A DNA stretch of 64,000 nt. Origin: a virus. Its lineage: Duplodnaviria; Heunggongvirae; Uroviricota; Caudoviricetes. The position numbers were made by a program, and so were the translations under genes. The notes beneath the pieces were generated by a model. The model worked only from the letters and a program-made list of their open reading frames with translations. It ran no database searches and was not told the origin of the DNA. Location: positions 12,009 to 76,008 of IMG/VR virus record IMGVR_UViG_3300035701_000015. One strand, given 5' to 3'. Each line of letters begins with the position of its first letter. Within the stretch, counting starts at the first letter, position 1. This document shows, piece after piece, positions 25,822 through 33,303 of this stretch.

Positions 25822-26884
25822 ATTTCTCACCTTTGTAATTCACGAAATTATTGTCACCTAAATAATAATCTGGAGAGATAGATATTTTTCCACCCCCATG
25901 TGGCAAATCCACAATATATTGCGGAACAGCCAAACCAGAAGTAAATCCTCTCAATCCTTTTACGATGTTAACTCCATCTTCGACTGTAGTTCTAAAGTGC
26001 TTAGAACCTACAATGTTGTCGCAATGATAGATATAATAAGGTCGAACTCTAATCTTGAGTAGTTTCTGCATTAGTGATTTCATAGTCGCTACGTCGTCGT
26101 TAACGCCCTTTAGCAGCACTGTTTGGCTACCAAGCGGTATTCCAGCATCGGCTAATTTATTGCAAGCTTCTGTCGTCTCCTCAGTGATTTCATCGGGATG
26201 GGTGAAATGAATGTTCACATAAAGTGGATGATACTTTTTAAGCATAGCGACAAGCTCATCTGTTATTCTCATAGGTAGTACAACTGGAACTTTCGTCCCT
26301 ATTCTTATGACCTCTACATGCGGAATGCTTCTGATCTCTTTGATCAAGATCTCAAGCATCTCATCTGACATAGTAAGAGGATCACCACCAGAAATAATAA
26401 CGTCTCTTATTTCAGTATGTTCCCGAATATAATCTATTGACTTTTCCCATTCGTCTCTTTCTTCTCCACCAACTATTCTTGAGCGAGTACAGTAACGACA
26501 GTTAGCAGCACAGAAAGTTGTAGACAAGAATAAAACTCTATCAGGATAACGATGCACTATGCCACGAGTTGGGCTTTGTTTTTCTTCATCTAAAGGATCT
26601 TCGTCCTCATCGGGTGACTTTATTAATTCGTGAATTGTTGGCACCATAGTCTTTCTTATTGCTGAGCTCTTCTTAACGATTTCTGCAAAGTATGGTGTCA
26701 ATCTAAAAGGCAAATCTATTTGCTCGAAAGCTTTGACTTCATCATCTGTCAAGTCAATAATAGAGCGCAACTGTTCGAGAGTCGTGATTGAATTTTTGAT
26801 TTGCCATTTCCAGCTTTTACTTGGAGGCTTGTCTTCACACGGTGGGGGTTTATCGTCTTCGGGTTTACTAATGTTAGTGTCCAT
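25808..26884 (-). CDS. KamA-family radical SAM protein (lysine 2,3-aminomutase-like)
   Basis: CAANCRYCTRS (CxxxCxxC) cluster, GGDPL, and overall KamA/EpmB-like architecture. Confidence 0.7.
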   Translation of the reverse strand: MDTNISKPEDDKPPPCEDKPPSKSWKWQIKNSITTLEQLRSIIDLTDDEVKAFEQIDLPFRLTPYFAEIVKKSSAIRKTMVPTIHELIKSPDEDEDPLDEEKQSPTRGIVHRYPDRVLFLSTTFCAANCRYCTRSRIVGGEERDEWEKSIDYIREHTEIRDVIISGGDPLTMSDEMLEILIKEIRSIPHVEVIRIGTKVPVVLPMRITDELVAMLKKYHPLYVNIHFTHPDEITEETTEACNKLADAGIPLGSQTVLLKGVNDDVATMKSLMQKLLKIRVRPYYIYHCDNIVGSKHFRTTVEDGVNIVKGLRGFTSGLAVPQYIVDLPHGGGKISISPDYYLGDNNFVNYKGEKFTLN

Positions 26885-26971
26885 CTTCCTTATATCTTTA
26901 TCTTAGCACATAATTTATTATAATCTCAGTGACTAATATTTATGCGAGCATGATTCAAGTTAATCCAATAA

Positions 26972-27044
26972 GGGCGATTAGCTCAGCTGGCAGAGCGCTA
27001 CTTCGACATGGTAGAAGTCGTTAGTTCAAATCTAACATCGCCCA
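26972..27044 (+). tRNA. tRNA-Val (anticodon GAC)
   Basis: Acceptor gggcgat/atcgccc, anticodon arm ctact-tcGACat-ggtag, T-arm gttag-ttcaaat-ctaac. Confidence 0.55.
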
Positions 27045-27064
27045 AAATATAAGGAGACAAATAT

Positions 27065-27241
27065 ATGTTAAAGGGTATAAAACCAAAAGCAGAATACAGT
27101 TTAGAAATAAAAGGGAAAATGATTGGAGGAAGTGGTACAAAAGTGAATGAAACAGAAAAACCAATTTTTCCTTTCTCCACTAAAAGAAAAATTATTCCCA
27201 AAGCTACTTATTCAGTTGAAATAAACAAAGGGCAGTCTTAA
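27065..27241 (+). CDS. small hypothetical protein (58 aa)
   Basis: AAGGAGA RBS; internal repeat KAEYSLEIKGK / KATYSVEINKG. Confidence 0.3.
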   Translation: MLKGIKPKAEYSLEIKGKMIGGSGTKVNETEKPIFPFSTKRKIIPKATYSVEINKGQS

Positions 27242-27254
27242 GACTGCCCTTTAA
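27229..27254. terminator. bidirectional terminator hairpin
   Basis: agggcagtcttaagactgccct between convergent genes. Confidence 0.5.
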
Positions 27255-27255
27255 A

Positions 27256-28197
27256 TTAACGAAACTCAGTTTTCTTTTGTTCTATTGAATAGGATGTTGG
27301 AAGGCCTGTAGTTTTTACATCTTCTGGAATTTGAAAATTCTTAAATGCATAATAATATTTAAGAGTTTCAGATAATTCGCCTTTACCATATAACGCTTCG
27401 GGTATAGCTCCTTTTCCCTCATCCCAATATTTATCGATCACTTCATATTCATTAGTAAACAAAGAAAGAAGAACCCAGTCGGGCCTATTATTGAAAGTTG
27501 CCATCAAATCATCTATTCTTGCCACCAAAAGTTTTATAGATTCTGTAGGTACGTTCAAAGTATCGGGACCTCTGTAATCTATTCTAAACGAAGCGTCGTT
27601 CCTGCATATTGGCAAATTAGAAATTCTTTCTCCCATTTTATGCATGAAAGCGGCTATTCCTTTTTTGTATGTTTTCTTATCGTTGTAATTCGGATTGAAA
27701 TTAGTAGCTACTTTCATATAAGCAACGGGGAGAAAGAAATTGATTGAGGGGGTCTTGAGTAAGCAATTCCAAAGCGCATCAAATGAAGTCTGAATTTGTT
27801 CGTCGTTCATCTTCTGCTCAAGTGGAACTCTATTTGTATAATATCTCACAATTTGAAAATACTGTTCTCTCAACCTTTCTTTTCTTTCATTTATTGGCAT
27901 TCGCTCCCAATTATTTGTTACCTCTATGTTAGATCGCGTTCGAATGATTTGCTCGGTATCTCTAACATATTGATGATACATCATAATCATGACGAAACTC
28001 ATAGCTATAACTACGAAAATGAAAACTGCAACTAGTCTTGTAAATGTGTGAATGATAGTTTTACTGGGAGCCATTAGCTTCTGGATGGGCTCAGCTAATC
28101 TTTCTAACAGTTTCATATCTTTGTCGCTGGGTTTTTCTGACTTGATGTACTTGGGCTCAGAATCTGCCCCTCGCATCTGCATATCTACACCGTTCAT
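27256..28197 (-). CDS. membrane-anchored hypothetical protein
   Basis: One TM helix (LVAVFIFVVIAMSFVMIMM). Co-oriented with the KamA-like gene. Confidence 0.5.
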   Translation of the reverse strand: MNGVDMQMRGADSEPKYIKSEKPSDKDMKLLERLAEPIQKLMAPSKTIIHTFTRLVAVFIFVVIAMSFVMIMMYHQYVRDTEQIIRTRSNIEVTNNWERMPINERKERLREQYFQIVRYYTNRVPLEQKMNDEQIQTSFDALWNCLLKTPSINFFLPVAYMKVATNFNPNYNDKKTYKKGIAAFMHKMGERISNLPICRNDASFRIDYRGPDTLNVPTESIKLLVARIDDLMATFNNRPDWVLLSLFTNEYEVIDKYWDEGKGAIPEALYGKGELSETLKYYYAFKNFQIPEDVKTTGLPTSYSIEQKKTEFR

Positions 28198-28369
28198 AAT
28201 TATCCTCCTGAATGTTTTATAGATTTATGCGCATAAATGATATAAAGATTTTTTCAAAAAATTTTGAATTTTCTATAAAATTCGCATAGTTATCCACAAA
28301 GATAAATAAGAATAAGTTCTGAAGCCGTTTAGAATTTTACACAACTACATACATAGATTAAAAAAGATT

Positions 28370-28444
28370 GAGCTGCTAGTAAGGGGTTACCGTTATGATT
28401 CAGCCGTAGGCTGAAAACCAACGCCCTTTGCTGATCACTTGCTC
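28370..28444 (+). ncRNA. structured stem-loop element, family member Y5
   Basis: Outer stem gagc/gctc, inner stem aagggg/cccttt, GGGGTTACCG identical to Y3, 3' CACTTGCTCTTCTT. A T-arm-like hairpin follows at 28464-28486. Confidence 0.4.
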
Positions 28445-29044
28445 TTCTTATTAATAGGAATAGACGGGAGTTTCGATTTCCGTTTATTATATCATCTAAT
28501 TCCTTTTTAAAGGAGGTGGATCTCTCAGTAAGATACACTATGAAAGGAAATGGGATAGAGTGATCTATCCAGCTTGACGTTAATGATGTTTAAGTCGAGC
28601 TGACTTAGGGTGATTACCGTAACTACAAATTGTTCGTACATTGCTAATGCAATGTATTGGTTTTTTCTACTGCGGTAGAAAAATAGCAAATCGGGCAGCG
28701 TCCGATTTACCAAAACGCTCGTCAAGTTCATCCTAAACTTTTTTGCTCGCAATTTTTTGTTGTTCTTTGACACATTCGAAATCGGTCGGTCCTATATCTA
28801 CTGATACATAAGTAACCGAAAGTAGGCCTTTCGGGATGAGACTGAAAGGCTGAACTAACCAAAGTAAATTGGGATGATAAAAGAATGAAAATTAATGAGA
28901 TATGTTAGAAGGCGAAAAAGTGACGGTAGACGAAAATATTATAGACTATTATGATGCTTAACTTATTAGTTAAGCAGCAGGACAGGGTTATCCTGACTGA
29001 GATTTATGATAAACAATTCTCTCCCTCTCAGTAAAAACTCTCTT

Positions 29045-29069
29045 GGTCGCAGACTGGTCGCAGACTGGT
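29045..29069 (+). repeat. tandem 11-bp repeat
   Basis: ggtcgcagact occurs 2.3 times in tandem. Confidence 0.6.
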
Positions 29070-29098
29070 TTCAGAAGTGTTGCAGTGGCTTTGGCTGT

Positions 29099-29163
29099 CG
29101 AGAGTAAAATCTGATTCTTCTCTTACTCTCGGCAGCTCTTTTAACTTTGAAAAAAGAGAGCTG
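29099..29163 (+). other. two adjacent long hairpins
   Basis: cgagagtaa...ttactctcg (9 bp) and cagctctttt...aaaagagagctg (10-12 bp). Confidence 0.5.
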
Positions 29164-29301
29164 AAGTGAAAGCGGTTACCGGTGAAAATTTTTGTCTAAT
29201 AAACAGAAACCAGCTGGATTCGATTGCCAGCAAACTAGAGCAATCTAGTAAAACTCGTTTTCCAATTACTTGCTCTTTATTATTGCATATATAAAACAAA
29301 T

Positions 29302-29361
29302 TAGCTGAATGTTGGTGGTTATCGCCTTGTAATCGAACACCCATCAACTAACAACTTGCTA
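29302..29361 (+). ncRNA. structured stem-loop element, family member Y6
   Basis: Outer stem tagc/gcta, TGAA, inner stem gttggtgg/ccatcaac, GGTGGTTATCG, 3' CAACTTGCTA. Confidence 0.4.
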
Positions 29362-29391
29362 ATCTTATTTTATCGCATACTTAAAAACGAT

Positions 29392-29480
29392 CAGCTGAAT
29401 GATTGGTGGTTATCGTTACCATTCACACGACGATCCCTGACATAGTTGGGGACGTAATCCCCATCGATCAACACTTGCTG
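29392..29480 (+). ncRNA. structured stem-loop element, family member Y7
   Basis: Outer stem cagc/gctg, TGAA, inner stem gattggtgg/ccatcgatc, apical hairpin gggga-cgtaa-tcccc, 3' CACTTGCTG. Confidence 0.4.
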
Positions 29481-29703
29481 ATTTTATATTCGTGCAACAG
29501 AAATAATTTCAGATAGTCCAGTTAGAATATTAAAGCTAATTTCTTAGAAAGAAAGGCCTTTGCTCGTATTTCGAGCTGAAAAAGAATTTAGTTTTCCGCT
29601 CAAATCTCAAGTTTTTTAATAGAATTTGATTTTAATCATTTAATTAGATTTCGTTGAACGAAACATACTAATTTGTCGCGCAGCGACTGAAGGAGGCAAC
29701 ATT

Positions 29704-31326
29704 ATGGCTCAGAAGAAATCACCGTATGGATTCACATCAACAAGAAACAAGCCGACTCCGCAGAGCAAGCCGATTCCAGGGAGAGAAGCAGAGATGAAAG
29801 AGAATCTCGCAGGAGGCTATGGATTCAACGCTTCTGATTGGACTGCACTGCGAAGATGGCTGCTCACCGGTAGCATGTTCGATGCATACTACCAGGGCAA
29901 AGAGCAGATGACCGAGGACAACGTGAAAGTCCTCAAAGCAGTGATGAATCAGGATGCTCCGAAGACGGCTCAGGAAATCCAAGATGCTTCAAAGAAGGGC
30001 GTTTCTGTTCACACTCCGATTTACGCTCTAAGCGTTCTCTCAACTGGGAACAAAGAAGCGAAAGCCGCTTTCCGAGAACTGTTTCCATTGGTCATTCGAA
30101 ATGGAAGTCATCTGTACGAGTTCCTTAATTATACTCGTGGCTTGAGGGGCTTCGGTTCACTCATCCACAAAGCAGTTAAGGACTGGTTTTACAGCAAAGA
30201 TGCAAAGGAGCTTGAGTATCAGTTCTTGAAATACCAGAGCAGGTACGACTGGAGCGGCCGAGATGTTCTGAGAACCATCAAGCCGATACCGAAAGACGAG
30301 AACGTAAAGGCAATCTTCAACTGGATTGCTGGTGGTTCTACGAAGAACCCGCTGCTCACTGAATGGCCAGAAGCGCTCCAGAGAATTCGGGCATACGAAT
30401 TCCTCAAGAGTGGAAAGGCTGCAGAGAGTGATGTCATCGACGCAATCAACAAGTATAAGATGACTTGGGAGATGATGCCGGGTAACTTGACTCAAACTCC
30501 GAAAACGTGGGAAGCTCTCTTTCACAACATGCCGGTAGGAGCAACCATCAGAAACCTCGGCAACTTGACTGACAAGGGTGTCTTCAAAGACCACAAAAAC
30601 TTGGAGATTCTCGAAGCGAGGTTCAGCAAGGAAAACTTGGCGAAAGCCTACATCCATCCGATTGTATTCGCTTCAGCAATGAAGATTTATCAAGCTGATG
30701 GAACTCTGGGAAAGAGCCAACTCCGATGGACTTCGGTTGCTCGAGTATCTGACGCCATGGAAGACGGAATCGAAAAGTGCTTCGATGTTCTTGAGCCGAC
30801 TGGCAAAGACTTCTTCTATGCACTCGACGTTTCTAGCTCAATGACAGGCGGAAACGTTGGAACAATGTGGCTGACCCCGATGGAAGTAGAGGGCGTAATG
30901 GCTCTTGCATCTGTACGATCAGAGAAGAACTATTTCGTTGGTGGGTTCAACACTAACTTCCAACCGATCAGCAATTTCACCAAGAAGATGAGCTACAAGA
31001 CTGCTCTGAACTTCTGGCACGGAGGCTTCGGCGGAACTGACGCTGACTCTGCCTACAGGTACGCAATCAGCAATCAGGTTCGAACGGATGTTTTCGTATT
31101 CATGACCGATGGCGAAAGTTGGGCTGGTGCTCGGCATCCAGCACAAGGTTTCAAAGCTTACAAGGGTAAGATTAACAAAAACGCGAAAGCGATCTATATT
31201 ACCCTTACGGCTACTGGAGACCACATTACTCTAGCTGACCCCACTGATCCTCAGTCTTATGACATCGCTGGTTTCTCGAGCGACACTCCGAAAATTATAA
31301 ATCTTATAGTTCGCGGAGATCTTTAA
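29704..31326 (+). CDS. rsr: Ro60-like TROVE-domain protein with C-terminal vWA domain (Rsr ortholog)
   Basis: 540 aa; helical N-terminal ~350 aa with a TROVE-like pattern; C-terminal vWA with MIDAS motif DVSSSM and TDGES. Confidence 0.65.
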   Translation: MAQKKSPYGFTSTRNKPTPQSKPIPGREAEMKENLAGGYGFNASDWTALRRWLLTGSMFDAYYQGKEQMTEDNVKVLKAVMNQDAPKTAQEIQDASKKGVSVHTPIYALSVLSTGNKEAKAAFRELFPLVIRNGSHLYEFLNYTRGLRGFGSLIHKAVKDWFYSKDAKELEYQFLKYQSRYDWSGRDVLRTIKPIPKDENVKAIFNWIAGGSTKNPLLTEWPEALQRIRAYEFLKSGKAAESDVIDAINKYKMTWEMMPGNLTQTPKTWEALFHNMPVGATIRNLGNLTDKGVFKDHKNLEILEARFSKENLAKAYIHPIVFASAMKIYQADGTLGKSQLRWTSVARVSDAMEDGIEKCFDVLEPTGKDFFYALDVSSSMTGGNVGTMWLTPMEVEGVMALASVRSEKNYFVGGFNTNFQPISNFTKKMSYKTALNFWHGGFGGTDADSAYRYAISNQVRTDVFVFMTDGESWAGARHPAQGFKAYKGKINKNAKAIYITLTATGDHITLADPTDPQSYDIAGFSSDTPKIINLIVRGDL

Positions 31327-31335
31327 TACAATCAA

Positions 31336-31365
31336 GGGCTAGATGAAAGTCTAGCCCTTTTGTTT
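31336..31365 (+). terminator. rho-independent terminator
   Basis: gggctagatgaaagtctagccc followed by TTTTGTTT. Confidence 0.65.
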
Positions 31366-31390
31366 GTACATCTAAATAAGAGGTGATAAT

Positions 31391-31609
31391 ATGATTGAGA
31401 ACAAAATTCTCAAGTACTACTTCCTAGTTCTGCTGATGGTTATCATTGGTATTGCGTTCTATGCTTTCTTGCTGCCCGCAATGCTCGGCGAAGCAGATAC
31501 TTTGTTAGTAGTTGGTGGAACTGTATTAGCGTTCATAATCGGTCCGCTAGAAGTTTTCATTTTCTTCAAATTCATTAAGAAACACATTTTTCCACGAAGG
31601 GAGAGTTAA
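31391..31609 (+). CDS. small two-TM membrane protein
   Basis: Hydrophobic 72-aa ORF. Confidence 0.45.
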   Translation: MIENKILKYYFLVLLMVIIGIAFYAFLLPAMLGEADTLLVVGGTVLAFIIGPLEVFIFFKFIKKHIFPRRES

Positions 31610-31610
31610 T

Positions 31611-32453
31611 ATGAAGACCACAGTTTTAGCTTTAGTAGTATTGTTTGCTTTAATGACTCTATTCATAACCGGATGCGTATGGGTAGAGCCAGGTCACGTC
31701 GGGCTCCGCGTATATGAGATGGGCGATCAAAGAGGTGAAATGGAAATCCTTGACATCGGTCGCCATCCCCGCGGAATTTACAAGAAGTATTATACTTACC
31801 CAACGTTCGTGAAACAGTATCCATTTACTTTGGCTGCTACTGAAGGTTCACCAATTGATGAAGCATTTTATTTCCAAAGCAAAGAAGGAATTAAATGCAA
31901 CGTCGACGTCGCAGTTCAGGCAAAAGCTATTGCAGATAAAGTGCCGACTCTATTCAAAACTTACCATGCTGAGATGGAGCTGATCATCAAAATCAACATA
32001 CGATCTTATATGAGAGACTCTTTTATCAAATATGGATCTGCTATGACTATCGACGACTTATATAGTCCAGCCAAAGTAGAAATGCTGAAAAAGGTTCAGA
32101 CTGACGTCAAAAATATGATGGAGCCCGTCGGAATCGAAATTGTTAGCATTTCGTTCCTGTCTGACATTCGGTTCCCCGAAGAAGTCGAACAATCAATAGT
32201 AATGAAGATCAAAGCTACACAAGATGCTATGAGAGCTCAGAACCAAGTTGCTCAGGCAAAAGCCGAGGCAGACATAGCTATTGCCAAAGCAAGAGGCGAA
32301 GCTGAGTCAAATAAGATTAAGCAAGCCAGTTTGAGTAATACAGTTATTGAATGGCAGATGCTTATGAATGAGCAACTTGCAATCAGCAAGTGGGATGGAA
32401 AACTGCCACAAGTAACTAGTGGAGCAGTTCCATTTGTCAACGTTGGAAAGTAA
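31611..32453 (+). CDS. SPFH/band-7 domain lipoprotein
   Basis: Signal peptide plus Cys lipobox, a prohibitin/HflC-like central domain, and a C-terminal coiled coil (QAKAEADIAIAKARGEAE). Confidence 0.65.
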   Translation: MKTTVLALVVLFALMTLFITGCVWVEPGHVGLRVYEMGDQRGEMEILDIGRHPRGIYKKYYTYPTFVKQYPFTLAATEGSPIDEAFYFQSKEGIKCNVDVAVQAKAIADKVPTLFKTYHAEMELIIKINIRSYMRDSFIKYGSAMTIDDLYSPAKVEMLKKVQTDVKNMMEPVGIEIVSISFLSDIRFPEEVEQSIVMKIKATQDAMRAQNQVAQAKAEADIAIAKARGEAESNKIKQASLSNTVIEWQMLMNEQLAISKWDGKLPQVTSGAVPFVNVGK

Positions 32454-32464
32454 TTCACTATAAA

Positions 32465-32495
32465 GGGCTAGCTTCGGCTAGCCCTTTTTATTTTA
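32465..32495. terminator. bidirectional rho-independent terminator
   Basis: gggctagc-TTCG-gctagccc followed by TTTTTATTTT. Confidence 0.7.
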
Positions 32496-33247
32496 AAAAT
32501 CTCTTTTATTATTCTTCTGATTGATTTAGGTGGATGTAATATTTCTGTATCTCCGTATGTATAAGAATTAAGTTGGTTTAGTTCAGTTGACTGGATTTCA
32601 TAATATCCTCTTGAATTTATCATCAACCACTTTACACGTTTGGGTGTAACTTTCATCACGAATCTATACCAGAGTATAACTGATAATGTTTTATTTGGTA
32701 AGTATCTGTGACCCCAAACTATAACTAAATCACCCGTCTTCAGTCTAAGCTTTTCCATATTTCTTCTCAAATATTTGCTTTATAAGTTCGGCTTCATTTT
32801 TGCAATATCCTTCTTTTGGAAAAAAATAAATTTTATGTTCAAATCTTGATTTTTTTACTGAGGGAGGATAAAGTTTCTTATGAGAAGAAGCTGATATCTG
32901 AGGGTCGAAATCACTAAGAAATTTAACGCCAGATAGTTTAGCTATACCCCACATACGAGGATGTGTACTTTGTAAGTAAATTGAATACTCGCTCATTAGT
33001 TTCTCACAAATATCTTCTTTATTAGGTATTCTTTTCCAACTATAAATCTTGAACTTGCCCAAGTTGTTTCTATTTTTAAAATTCCATCTAGAAAATATTC
33101 TGCTGATTTACTCTCTGCCCAAAAAACTTTTCTATCTTTTGGATCAGCAACATAAGCTCCATCGGGCAATCTTTCGGGAGTAAAATATAAAATACCGAAT
33201 ATTTTACCAAAGCGAATGTAGATATAATACACTGGCGGCCAATTCAT
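32468..33247 (-). pseudogene. fragmented minus-strand gene (three overlapping frames)
   Basis: ORFs 32996-33247, 32745-33062 and 32468-32770 overlap end to end in different frames. Confidence 0.3.
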
Positions 33248-33303
33248 AAGTTTATCTTGTACAGCAAGATAATTTAAAAGATACAGTTAGAGGTAAAAGA
33301 AAT

